Shown in pieces: positions 27,111 through 41,500 of a stretch of 64,000 bases of DNA (the first letter of the stretch is position 1; every line of letters starts with the position of its first letter). Made by a program: the position numbers and the translations under genes. The notes below the pieces were generated by a model, which worked only from the letters and a program-made list of their open reading frames with translations, searched no databases and was not told where the DNA came from. The stretch is taken from contig CM082598.2 of NCBI GenBank assembly GCA_040954595.2, positions 2,046,001 to 2,110,000 on the forward strand, given 5' to 3'. This DNA is from Balanoglossus misakiensis (taxonomy: Eukaryota > Animalia > Hemichordata).

Positions 27111-29403
27111 TGTTCACAGTGCGATATTCATCAAACTAAAAATTCTCCTTTGTGTTGGCTGTTGTAACCACTAGGCTTTGATACAGCACCCATTTGTGTC
27201 AAGGCGACATCATGTCATGGCAATATTAACTCCTGGCAAAGTACGTCAATAAAATCACACCACGAGAATAGATTATTGAGTTGCCATGGAGACGTCAACA
27301 ATAAACGATGCGTATCTGCGGCGTGGGTTTTTATTTTTCTCAATGTCAGAAAGCTGCTGACAATATTGTGACTCTTACCGGAAGTCAATATACATGTTTT
27401 TCATTTCGATTTTTTAGGTGGGCACACAAGAATCCTGAAGGTATCTTTCCACGTCACTTCCTCCGCAGCTACACTTCAACTGTCACGTTCTTTGGCGTAA
27501 AACCACGCAATTAATAATAAAATATACCAACTTAAAAACCTATAATGAAGTTCATTAATAAAAGATACGAATTGCTATACATACACAAGCAAATTAAACA
27601 GCAAATTCAGAGTTTATGAAATCTTAAAACTTTCCGCTTTTTTCCGCTGCGCAATGTTTTAAAACTACCCGTATCAATAGGACGTTGACCAGAACAACAC
27701 GCCCGAAGAAATTCCAAATAATTTCAAAAATTATATTTACAAAAGCAAGATGTCCAATTCTTCACAAAAATGGCAAGAATTTAATTTCACCGAGGAAGCA
27801 ATTAGTAGGTTAGTCTGAGAAGCATAACCCTGTACATAGTCTATAGAAGAGTGTTTTATAGTCACTTATTTCGAGATAAGCGAATGAACCTAAATTAATT
27901 GTGATCAATCACATCTGTCACTTCGCACACTGACTTTGCTTCATCTCCGTAAAATGCTACAATTAGAATGTCAGTTGGGGCAATTTTGTGTTATATATGA
28001 CATAATTTCCCCATGTGGCTTGAGGGGGAATGTTTATTTTGAAGATTAGTTATTGATGAAATGTCAAAAAGACGAAAATTACATATCTCCGATGAAAAGT
28101 CACTCTGCAAACAATGATGTTTCCCCTTAATTTACTTATGACATAAACTATGTATAAATATTGGGAATATTTTGTGCTCAGCTGAACACAAACTCTGCCT
28201 GAGAAGTTTTCTCTTCGTTTCTTGCCTGGTTTTAATTAAACGTTGCAAAATACCCAAATTTATTACCAATCTTTCATTGTGGCTGGACGCTTAACCCTTT
28301 CCACCCCATAGCAAACATTTCTGGGAACTCACAGGCGAATCAGGTGATACACAGGTGCCATAGACTTCATTTCACGGCATCATGTGTTCAATATATTATC
28401 AAATGTCATTAACAATAATCTAATTATGAAGGTAAGTGATAAATTCGCCACCTGTAAAACAGAACTAACATCCATAGGGCATAATACATCACATATATAC
28501 ATGAAAGCAATGTGTTGAAAACTTTAAAAAAAAAAAACTTCTATTATCGAAGAAGACATCTAGGTGTGGCTTCATTTCAAAGCTATTGGGTACTGAACTT
28601 GGCTGTCCACATGAGAAACGTGCTGAATTCTGTTACAAGTAACAGGTCACACAGACTCCCCGGCCCCATTCGAAAAAAATAAAATCACATGATTGATTCA
28701 GCCTGAAATGCCACTGATAAAAATTAATTACACCTAAATGAAAATCACCCATTTGTGACTAAAATTAAATCGAAAACGAAAAAACCCTGCCTTTATAAAG
28801 ATGTATCCGTGTGACGATTTGAAGATGTTAAATAATAACGTTCGTTTCATCGATCAACATCTTTCCATTTTCATCGTGTCTCCCTAGGGAGTCTTGACCG
28901 CACACGTGCGTCTATTAAACCAGTTTTGACATCATTTTTTGTCATTAGAAGTCATCAACCATACAAAGACAACTGTCACATGTGACATCTGCAGCCAATC
29001 TGCTGTCGTGGTGGCATAATAATTAACACCTGGAATGTGAGGCCACCGTTAAGACAATAATTGAGGGAAATCATTACCCGTTTAAGAGCAAACATCCCCG
29101 CAAACGAACAGAAAGTCATCAAAAAGGTCAACACTTATTCATGTCAAAATAATTAATCTTTAAAGTTATAGCTATTCTTTGTACTAGCCGACCGTGTGGG
29201 TCTACCTTGTAGATTACAACTATATATGGACACAAAAGTTGGCGTGTTAACATTTCCTATGCGCATTTCATTGATTTTAGGATGTTTTCGGTGTAGGAAG
29301 ATATATGGCCACAAGAGACAATGTTAACACGATTTTACAATTATATTATTTATGATAACCGAGGGCGCGTGGATGACAAACGGAATAGCGTGTCACAATA
29401 AGG

Positions 29404-29410
29404 TATTTAA
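29404..29410 (+). promoter_or_regulatory. TATA-like box of Ig gene 2
   Basis: TATTTAA about 110 nt upstream of the ATG at 29516, followed by a GC-richer leader. Confidence 0.35.
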
Positions 29411-29515
29411 CTCCAGAACTGCGGAGCACAGCTCAAAGTCTGCACCGGTCCCGGAATAAACGACTTGACAGAACTCTGAAGCCAAGTGGTGAGGTAACAC
29501 AAGACAAGAAGAAAG

Positions 29516-32500
29516 ATGATTGCGAAAGCATCAACGACCGTGGCGGTATTAACTCTCTCAGCGGTTTTATTCGTTTGTGTCGATGCCTATCTGTCGCAGC
29601 CGCAACACACGCGCACGCATAAAATAGGTGAGAAATATTACGAGACAGAGTCTTGGGGAGAGGGTGACAGGCGAGGGGTCGGCAGAGAGATGCATCCAAC
29701 GATGTAAAGTACAAATACGAGAGATGGGGGTAGGGGAGAGACAGAGAATGAGGGAGAGGAGAGAGAGTGTGTGTAGAGCGCACTTTTATGTTCTGTAGCT
29801 GTTGAACGTACAAAATTATTGAAAGTTGGAACTTGAACATTTTACTTAAAGCCATACACCTTTCTCAGTTTCTTTTCTCTTTTTCTTGTATCGTCAATTG
29901 ACCAATAAGTACACGTAGCCAAGAAAATGTTACTTACTCGGTTTTCGAGGCACTTAACAGAAACATTGCAATTCGTACAAACCATACTTTCCGTGAAATT
30001 GTCTTTACAAAGAAGATCGACGTGAATTATTTTGAGATGTAGCTTTACCTCAGAAAGTTCATGACTGAAACGTATAAGCTACCTATTACACGTTAAATAT
30101 TTCCTCGTAAAGGAACAAATGCATCCGACAACTGTTTTACATGCGAAGACGTAAGCGGGTATGTTCAGTAAAAGGTATTTCTCCCCCTCATTTAATTGAA
30201 TCTGACAGTAACACTGGACAGGTAATAGCACTCTAGGCTTTGATCACGCGAAGATGTTAAACGTCAGAATGAATGCGAGTCACCGGACAGGCTGAGGTTT
30301 TTTACAGCAACAGGTCTTTTTCCGCTCGGAAGGGTTAATGCGTGGTGATGAAATTGCACTGTGATGAATATTTGATCAGTGAGCGTTGCAATACGTGAAT
30401 CATTTTCAACTTGTAAATCTGTTCGTCACAATACCGTGACTCTGAGAGCGTGTACATGACTCTCCGCATCCGGCGGTTTAATGAACAAGAGTTACTACTC
30501 TGCTCCTAAATACGAATATGCAAATATTTCGTACTATTCACGTCGTTACATGAATATTTGATTGCTTAGTGTTACGATGTGTATATAACACTGTCCCCTC
30601 TAATTTCACCAGAATATGAAAGGAAGAACAGTGATTGAAATAACTAAAAAAGCACAAAGCATTTACCGGAGATACAGTAACTCCCCGGAAAATTTAATTT
30701 CCGATGTTTTATATTGTAATGTCGAACGAATTTCGTAACGTTTTCTTCTTCAAAGTACATGTTTATGTACAACTAGTATATTAAGATATTATTTGGATAA
30801 ACTCGAAGAAATGTCTCTCACTTCTTGTCCAGAGCTTTCTTTCAAAATATTTTCAAGAATGCCCAATGCTATTATCCAATGTGATTGATAGATGGGCAGG
30901 CAGTTATAGATTTTTGCTTGATTGACAGTCAACGTGGGCGTAAGCACACAACTGTTGCAAATAGATCGATGGCTATCCGGACTTACATATCAGCAGGTTT
31001 ATACTCTGAGAGGCCCCGGATGTTGATTGTGTCTAACATACTGGGCAAATCACTATCAAAAAGCAAAGATTTGTTTTTTTAAACTTTGCTGTTTAAAGAA
31101 ATGACATTTTATTAATAGGCAATATCAATGGGCAAAGATACGCCTCCAGATATAATTAACATTATTTTCAAGGCAAACAGCCAGTCTGAAGACTTAATTC
31201 AGGATGGTTGCCATGCCTTCCTGCCTCAGTGAATGAGTGAGTGAGTGAGTGAGTCCTATTTCTAATATAATTTCTCACCTGAAGATAACTTTGATTCTAT
31301 GTTATAACTACATCCCCGAACCCATTCACGCTAGCGCTTTGACAGACAGTTATAACATCCCCCACTATGACCTCGCCTTATTAATTTGCTTTCTCGCTTT
31401 GTGTTATTTTATGAAAGTGAAAGATCTGTCATGCCTCAAATTTCTATGTACACTTTTACCCGGTTTGATTTGAAACCTATTCTTTTGTCTCCATCTAATC
31501 ACTGATGACAAAGGGTGCCTGTTAAATATGTTTTAAAACATGATATATACACTATCATCAGTGATCATGATATTAACATTTCCCAACATCTTTACCAGTT
31601 TCTAATGCATTTTTGTACTGAAACAAACTGGGCAAGTGATGAGAAGCACTGACGAACATGGAGCTACCATCTATGCTCCATGGTACAACCAAAACACTGT
31701 CATCTTACACCACATTGTCAGCAAAATCGTAGATTGTCTACTCTGTAACCCAGGCTTGGAAAGGGGGGGGGGGGTTTGTTTACAAACACACGATCGTATG
31801 CAACTGCAACTGCAAGGGGCAACAAGACATAAGATGAAAACGTCTTTCTGGTTCAGAAACTAACCTTAAAACCTCACATGGTAGAATACTCGCCCAAGTT
31901 TCCTACATCGACGCTTACTCGTACGAAACAGGGACCGTGTCCAAACCACGCACCACCTCCATTGATAAATTGCAGACGACGTGTGTATATTCCCGGGGGT
32001 AAAGTCTACGCCCAATATGTATGCGTCTTTTAGAAGGACTTTCAGCAATTTCGTTCAAAATGGGGTATGCAAAACTCATCCATTCAAAGTTTAAAATGCG
32101 ACCTGACTTTTTCATCGGTCTCATGTATCGAACTACAAAACCGCGATTTAGATTTTCGATTAAATTTCTACGAATCCATCTTCTGTCAAGCCAGAAATGG
32201 AATCAGTCTCAAGCTCAAAGTAGTTAGATGACGGTTATTTTGATTGGTCAAGCTACGCAGATAACCTTGAAAGGGACGAATCAGAGAGCGTTTTCTTATC
32301 AACGTTTGCTTGCCCAAAGTCTGACACTGTTCCTCTGATTATATATAAACAAAGGTGATGTCTGATTATGAATTCAATTTTCGTTCTTTTGACCAAAAAG
32401 TCAGATTGACTCAGACAATAAAGTAACTAGTAAACTTCTATTAAATCTCCACGAGCTGCAGTTGTCTCAGCGATATACAATTGTATATGATGACCTGTAG

Positions 32501-35500
32501 ATGTCAATTTTTCTCCGGACATTTTCTGAACGATGTCCATTACATCATGATCATGATCATGTTCATTTCAATTTTGCGACAAACACGCACAAAATCGAAG
32601 TTTTTTGTTCAATTTAAATTTCCTTACATACAGAGAAAACTGAAAGTACATTGGAGAATTCTCACGGTTGACACTTTGTTGTACAACTGTGACGATTTCA
32701 ATGGGAGTACTGAATCTTGCATGTTTCCATGGAGACGGTCAGCCATATTTGAGTTCAGCATGAACACTTTTTTATTATTTATCGTGCTGAAACTTGCACA
32801 TGCAGTCCCAATTAGATGATAATAATACTTGATACACATCCCTCTGTAAGTACATCTATTTATGTGGTGATCTAATTTTAGTTTAAAAGTAACATCATAA
32901 AAATAATGCCAAAAGTTTGCTCATGGGCATTAAGCGACATTCTTTTTGTATGATTGATTGAACCACATGCTGTATGGTGGATTTTAATTTCTTAGCTTCT
33001 GAATGATAAATCTGCCATATGTTCTTGTTGGGTGAGTGATTGAACCAATTTTTATATTGGGACAGTGAAAGCTACTAGCTATTTTCATTTTATCTCAGTG
33101 GTGATAGCATTAACAGAATTTGACAACTGTCTGCATAGAACAATTTGAATACCACAAACCTGTCACCCCTAATTTAGAAATGGAGTCATCCACATTTTCT
33201 TGTATTTATTTCTCCTTTTTAAAATTTATAAGGTATTACTGATAAGGCAAGATTGTTATCAATTATTCTCAAGGATCAGAGAAATAGTATCGGTCTCAGG
33301 ATTTGAAAAATTGAACAAATTTCAGAGCTGTATTGACAGATCTGAATCAAGTGAATCATGCACCTGCATGATTGGTGTACTGAATCCATCTGCTCTGTGT
33401 TTAGTCAAATCAGTTCAACTTTTCTGTCTCATCTAAAATGAAAATTCCTCTTTTTAAGGTCAGACTATCTCTATTTAAAATACGGTATCTATATATTCTT
33501 TATTAAAACAGCCCTAACCAGCTGACACCAAATATATGTTTACTTTTCAAAAGTGTAACATGTTTGCCTTGGTTGGGTTGATATTAACTGGTCGTTATTC
33601 TCCATTACAATATAACATGCATGCTTCCTTACACTTCATCACACTTGTAGTAATGAAGACTTATCACCAGGGACATGAACTTCACACCTACGATGTAGGC
33701 AGGAAATATATTTGTTATAAATTCAGTTGAAGGTTTTATTTGCTGTATTCCTATGGGTATATGCAGCGTGCTTTGATTGCAGAGAGGCGTCAAGTCTGTT
33801 GAATTGTTTCTTGTCTACGTGTGTAGCACCTGGCTGTTCTGCTCAATTAAAACTATCATGTGGCAGTTAGAATAACAGGCAAACGTAGCCTCTTCTTTTA
33901 CAAAGCATCCGTGGACAGCATAAATATTAAACATGTATTTTATCCCCTCCCCCACCATATTTAAGTGCATTAATTCAAGTTGAGTGCTGTAGATTTCTCC
34001 AGATGAGTTCACAAACCCATCAGCAAGATGTTCTCTATCACGCTTCTGCAAGACTGGTGGTATAATTCTTTCAAGTTAGGCATTCATAAAAAAAATCATT
34101 ATCTCATCTACTAGAACACAAGGAAGAAATGTACTTCCCTGAGAATTTTCAACTCTACTGATATTCTTTAATTTTTTGGCAATTTTGTCATAAATGGGTG
34201 TAATCTTGGTATACTACTAGGCAGTATCGTTTAATAGACATCATTAAAAGCAAATCCAAGATTATAACTTAAGCTTAATTTTTTTACTGAGTTGCAGCTC
34301 ATGGGGCTTTAAAAGGACAGATTTGTTTTCCAAAATTGGGGCACATTAACCTTTGTCTTCATTGAAGCTGAATGCAGCTGCTATCTGCATCCTGTTTTCA
34401 TTTTTGTTTTCAAAAAACAATGACCAAGGCGTACAGGTAACTTGCAGTACAGAACAGCCATATTTTCTGAAAAGAGCAAATTGTTTGGCAAATTAAACGG
34501 ATTTCCTGTCATTCCACTTACACTGAGAACACATCTTACAAGAGGCAGCTTTATCAAATTGATAGATTTCTCTGTTTTTCCTAGGCATGACAGGTTCATC
34601 ATTAAATATTCGCGAATGTGTGGAAAAAGATGCCTTGGCAATTTGTGTGTAAGGGTAGATGGCAGCGCGCCGATGCAATCACTCAAGCGTGGCGCCACAT
34701 CCATTGAAAATTGTAACGCCTTCAACTACGGCGCGGATAGAACCAATAATACCAAAAATGAATAATAGATTTTCATCTGGGAAGAGAATATTCCCCTATG
34801 ATCCAAGTCACGTCTTAATTTTCATTGCGAGCAGTGGAAGGGAACAGCCCCCAGCTCTACTTTCTATTCGCGTTCCTGTCTTAACTCCGTGAAAGACGGA
34901 GAAATGAGTTTATCATGAAACTATTGATGCAGAAGTTATCCTCATCATCATCACAATTATTTCTTCTCAGCATAAGCAATATTGGCAGATAAGACAGCTT
35001 ATTAAACATCAAAGGATAATTTTGAAGACTGCATGATAATACTGTTTCTTGATGATCAAAATGTTTTTGTTTTCAACAAAGTATTTCCCCCCTCCAACCA
35101 GATTGTCTTAAAGTACCTGTTTATTTGCTTAGATCTTGAACTGACAAAGTCAGTCTCTAACTTTTGAAATTATCATGATTACCGGTAATTCAGTTTCAAT
35201 TTCTTTTGATGGCCTATTTACATGTATATGCAAAATGACCAGTTGTAAGATAATTTTTGGTACTGACCAAAAATGAAATGATAGAAAAAAATTCATGTGT
35301 AAAGTCCATGAATAGGTTGTGAACTGTGCCATGACAGCAGGTTATTATATGTTTTGCATGCTGTCAAAATAATAAGAATGTCAAAAAAATTAACAGCTTT
35401 GTCCCTTTAATTATACAAGCTCCCTAGAAGAAGAACATTCTAGTTTCATGTCATGAATTCTGTGATAAGTAATTTACAGTAAGTAGTTAGATGAGATATG

Positions 35501-38500
35501 AATTGTACCTATTGCGATAAGAATTATTCAATTTTGACCCAGATCCCAAAGGGACGTTGAATATTTCATTGCAGTGTAGCAGAGGACAAGAGTTTTATTG
35601 ATGAATAGAGAAATAATTGCTCTTAAGGCCTTGCTGTAATGAAAAGACCTGGGAAATATATCGGTCCTTTGTACAGTGTCATCTTGAAGCATGTGTTGTA
35701 CAGTCAGCCGGGAAACACCCAACTCTGACATCTTATTAAATTGTTTATTATTTAGAAGGGCAGAATTACATGTATACAGATAATAAATTAAGTGGTGAGT
35801 CTATCCTGTTAGTGTTAACAATATGCTGAAATTTGATATAGCCCGTTTTAACCCTTTTACACTCAATTCCCTCTTTAGAGGTCCAACCATAGAAAACAAT
35901 GGGTTTGGACTGAACCAAGGTGGTGAAAGGGTTAATATTAATATATTGAATTACTTGACAATCCACAGATAAACTTACTCGTTCTTGTTATGGAAAGCGT
36001 AAACCTTGCTATAAAAAGTTACAGTCTTGATGATGATGGAGATTTTGGCATGAGAGGGGGGGGGGGGGGGAAACAACTTACAGCAAAGTGACTTGGACGG
36101 CAAATCACTAAGTTGAGATCAACACTTTATTGTAATAGGACACATGGCTTCTCCTCACCTGTATAGAGTTTAATCTGTCACAGTTCTCCCCGCGAAGTGA
36201 TGTTCGCGTTCCTGATAAGTAAAGGAAGTCATCATAATCATTAGCAATGTTCTCAACAGCACACTAGCAAGGCCCCTGGGGACTCCCCCTGATGAAGCAT
36301 TCTCCATGTAGTCCCAAGAGATTAGACACAGTACAAGCTTTGATTTACTGCGTGTACATCCTTAAACAAGAGCAGAATACCGAAGCACATATTTCACTTA
36401 GAAAAAAAAGCTATTTTAGGGCAAACAGGAAATCCATCCTTATCAAGTATCGGTCCCTCCACACTGGGCACAGATAGTGATCTTCATCAGTGATGCAGTA
36501 ACTTTGATGTTCAGTCTTATCTCAACTAGTATTGTGCAAGTACTTCCTGGAGATGGAGTAACCTACACCTTGTATTAAAACAGCTTCATAGTGATAAAAG
36601 CACTTGCATCTTGGCTTTAACTGAAAATATCTTTTTCTTCAAATTCTTGTGTAAGTTGAATAACGACTGGACTGTAAGTGTTTTCCTATCCTGATCCAAA
36701 TTATTTCCCGATGTACATGCTTTGGTTATTTTTGTCACTAAAATTTTCCTTTTGGCGCTTTAGATGATTGAACCGTGACATTTTCATCCAGACAAGAATA
36801 ACCATTTAGCTAAGACTACTTGTTGTACGTGTGGCGTTGAGCTCGATATTCTGTCAATCATTATCTTCAATACGCCACCGTTCTTTAAGTTTGACTCTGC
36901 GCATTTTGGGACGCAAAACCAGACAGAATTAAACGCTTGTCTCGATCTATCCATATATGTCTCAGTTGTCAAATATTGAATTCTTCAAGGATGTTTTACT
37001 GCATCGATGTTGAGTATACTACGCAGTCACTAATGGATAATGTGAGTTTCTTTCCCTTCCTGAAACAAACGCTCAAGTCAAAGTTTCAGAATGACCCCAG
37101 TATAACTTCAGCAACAATAGGATATCTTGAAATTGTGTCGACCATATAAGATTTTCATCACTCACCTAGGTAGCAAAAACCTATTTAACGTAGAGAGAAT
37201 TGTGGATGGTGTGTGAAAGAAGTACAATCCCACAGGATTTAAGTGTCTTTTATCTTAGGTTTGTGTTAATGTCTCGGCCATGGCAAAGCACATACAGAAT
37301 TCAACAAGCATGTATCCAATCTATAAATATTTTATTCCCAAATAGAAACTGGTGAATGACATATCAATTATAAAGGAGACGTGTGTGGAATGCACACCTG
37401 ATTCGAAGAGAAATAGCGAGTGAATTTTTAATAAACCATCCCGTAGTTTAGAAATTAGACCACCCAAAAGTATGTGTGTATGTACATGTAAGCATCTCCT
37501 GTAGCATCACTTGTCACTGTGCGTTATGAAGCCATTAACTCCGCACAGGAACAAGCAATAAGCTCATATATATCCTTGAGATTATAATCAGGGATTAAGT
37601 AGAAAAAATAAAAAGCAGGGTATATCTCCAATTGTTTCCGCGGGTAACTGCACACCAACGAACGGTCGAGTGTCAGCCACATAAAAAAGGATCAATGACA
37701 AACATGTACATGTAGTTCCATTATGAAGACGCGCTGTGCGTGAGATGGTTTGTAATTCCAAACGTCAAGAAATTGCACTACAACAATTAAGACATCCTTA
37801 TGCATGATTAATGGCCCTTTCAAAAGATTAATTTCAACAAATTCCTTTGCGGCATACCAAGTATCAAAGGAATTTCCCCAAATTGCATTCATTATCACAG
37901 AAAACATCAAGGTGTTTCTGTACCATAGAATGACACTTGGCAGTAATGTACGTGTTGTCAGCATCTAGTTAGTCCTCACGGTTTGATTAAAACAAATATC
38001 TAGGTGGTCGAGCATCACATTTCTTTTACAAGGGTATCGCCCTTAGAAATTTCACTCCATCTATTATAACTTTCACAATCGTCAGAAAAAATACAACTGC
38101 ACTTGTAGGATTATGCTGATGTCGTGGACTTTTAATGTGGTTTCAGGAAGTTTGTAATTGTTGTCATGAAATTGTCTGAGGGAACTTTTCTCTTGTGTTG
38201 CCCTAAATCCTAAATTGATTTGATAGGGTCGGGGCATGCACACTTGCACATGCTATGCATATTATTTTCGTCGTGAACTGAAATGACCATGATTGTGAGG
38301 TCATGAAATGACTAGGTATTGTGTCAAACGTCTAGATGAAATGTCAGTAGCTATCAGGTGCTCTTTCGGAAAAGTTAAATTGTGAAGTCTGTTTTGCTTA
38401 GAGGAATTTGTGCCGGTTGAAAACACGCGAGATGTTCGCCCACGGCCATGATTAAAATTCACCCAGTTCATTATCAACAGTGTCACTTTACACCAAGTGA

Positions 38501-41500
38501 CGTTTGGTTGTAGGTGTTCCTGAATTAGTCACCAAATAACAAACTTGTAGTGACATCACTAAAATTGCAATAGTCTTATTTTCCGCTCATTGCGAGATCT
38601 CACGAGACTTTGTTAATTACCTTAACAACATGTTCTAGCCATGTGATACGAGTCAAGCTTTCTATAAAACTTATGTTACTAGTTGAATGCCTTAAATTGA
38701 TTGTGGTCTGTTAGTCCAAGTTAAAAAGAAGAGATAAAACAAAAAATGTATAGCAGTGTAATTAATCAAGGCAGTTTATGATTCCTTAAATAATTGAAAA
38801 TGTCATGTACTAGGGTAATTACTACACTTTCTTCACATATGCAGGTAGCAATGTGCTACTATAATTACTAATGATTATTAGAATAGTAAACGGCAATTCT
38901 TCCTGTGAAAAAGGCGAGACTTGTGACAGGAAATAGGAATTAACAATAAAAATTATACGGGCTAAGGATATGTATTTTTAAAATGCATGCATCATTAATC
39001 TTGGGTAATGTGTAAATGGGAGTTAACAGTGCTTTGGTTTGTCAACGGTTTTCCTCGATGCCTTTTAAATCCCTTTCATTGAATTTTACAACCCTTCTGA
39101 GATTGGAACTGCTGTACTAATTGGTACGTGCTAAAGGCAAGCTAGCTGCCTCTACTGACCCATTTCAAAGTTGAAAAATTGGCATATTTCATCAACAATG
39201 AAGAATTTTTGAAAATTTTCAAAGTTGAAAAAGTGGCATATTTTGATGATTTTCATGGGCCATAACCCATGATTTTTCATCAGAAATGAAGAATAGTTGA
39301 AATTTTCAAAGATGAAAAATTGGCATATTTCATCAACAATGAAGAATTTTTGAAAATTTTCAAAGTTGAAAAAGTGGCATATTTTGATGATTTTCATGGG
39401 CCATAACCTATGATTGTTCATGAAAAATGAAGAATTGTTGAAATTTTCAAAGATGAAAAATTGGCATATTTCATCAACAATGAAGAATTTTTGAAAATTT
39501 TCAAAGTTGAAAAATTGGCATATTTTGATGATTTTCATGGGCCATAACCCATGATTGTTCATGAAAAATGAAGAATTGTTGAAATTTTCAAAGTTGAAAA
39601 ATTGGCATATTTCATCAACAATGAAGAATTTTTGAAAATTTTCAAAGTTGAAAAATTGGCATATTTTGATGATTTTCATGGGCCATAACCCATGATTGTT
39701 CATGAAAAATGAAGAATTGTTGAAATTTTCAAAGTTGAAAAATTGGCATATTTCATCAACAATGAAGAATTTTTAAAAATTTTCAAAGTTGAAAAATTGG
39801 CATATTTTGATGATTTTCATGGGCCATAACCCATGATTGTTCATGAAAAATGAAGAATTGTTGAAATTTTCAAAGTTGAAAAATTGGCATATTTCATCAA
39901 CAATGAAGAATTTTTGAAAATTTTCAAAGTTGAAAAAGTTGCATATTTTGATGATTTTCATGGGCCATAACCCATGATTGTTCATGAAAAATGAAGAATT
40001 GTTGAAATTTTCAAAGTTGAAAAATTGGCATATTTCATCAACAATGAAGAATTTTTGAAAATTTTCAAAGTTGAAAAATTGGCATATTTTGATGATTTTC
40101 ATGGGCCATAACCCATGATTGTTCATGAAAAATGAAGAATTGTTGAAATTTTCAAAGTTGAAAAATTGGCATATTTCATCAAAAATGAAGAATTTTTGAA
40201 AATGTTCAAAGTTGAAAAATTGGCATATTTTGATGATTTTCATGGGCCATAACCCATGATTGTTCATGAACAATGAAGAATTCTTGAAATTTTCAAAGTT
40301 GAAAAATTGGCATATTTCATCAACAATGAAGAATTTTTGAAAATTTTCAAAGTTGAAAAAGTGGCATATTTTGATGATTTTCATGGGCCATAACCCATGA
40401 TTGTTCATGAAAAATGAAGAATTGTTGAAATTTTCAAAGTTGAAAAATTGGCATATTTCATCAACAATGAAGAATTTTTGAAAATGTTCAAAGTTGAAAA
40501 AGTTGCATATTTTGATGATTTTCATGGGCCATAACCCATGATTGTTCATGAAAAATGAAGAATTGTTGAAATTTTCAAAGTTGAAAAATTGGCATATTTC
40601 ATCAACACTGAAGAATTTTTGAAAATTTTCAAAGTTGAAAAAGTGGCATATTTTGATGATTTTCATGGGCCATAACCCATGATTGTTCATGAACAATAAA
40701 GAATTCTTGAAATTTTCAAAGTTGAAAAATTGGCATATTTCATCAACAATGAAGAATTTTTGAAAATTTTCAAAGTTGAAAAATTGGCATATTTTGATGA
40801 TTTTCATGGGCCATAACCCATGATTGTTCATGAAAAATGAAGAATTGTTGAAATTTTCAAAGTTGAAAAATTGGCATATTTCATCAACAATGAAGAATTT
40901 TTGAAAATTTTCAAAGTTGAAAAAGTGGCATATTTTGATGATTTTCATGGGCCATAACCCATGATTGTTCATGAAAAATGAAGAATTGTTGAAATTTTCA
41001 AAGTTGAAAAATTGGCATATTTCATCAACAATGAAGAATTTTTGAAAATTTTCAAAGTTGAAAAATTGGCATATTTTGATGATTTTCATGGGCCATAACC
41101 CATGATTGTTCATGAACAATGAAGAATTGTTGAAATTTTCAAAGTTGAAAAATTGGCATATTTCATCAACAATGAAGAATTTTTGAAAATTTTCAAAGTT
41201 GAAAAATTGGCATATTTTGATGATTTTCATGGGCCATAACCCATGATTGTTCATGAACAATGAAGAATTCTTGAAATTTTCAAAGTTGAAAAATTGGCAT
41301 ATTTCATCAACAATGAAGAATTTTTGAAAATTTTCAAAGTTGAAAAAGTGGCATATTTTGATGATTTTCATGGGCCATAACCCATGATTGTTCATGAAAA
41401 ATGAAGAATTGTTGAAATTTTCAAAGTTGAAAAATTGGCATATTTCATCAACAATGAAGAATTTTTGAAAATTGTCAAAGTTGAAAAAGTGGCATATTTT

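Noticed and set aside
28291-30338. TTAACCCTTT ... GAAGGGTTAA as ends of one piggyBac-like element enclosing exon 1 of Ig gene 2
   Set aside because: Only ~9 bp of inverted identity; more likely unrelated fragments or chance.
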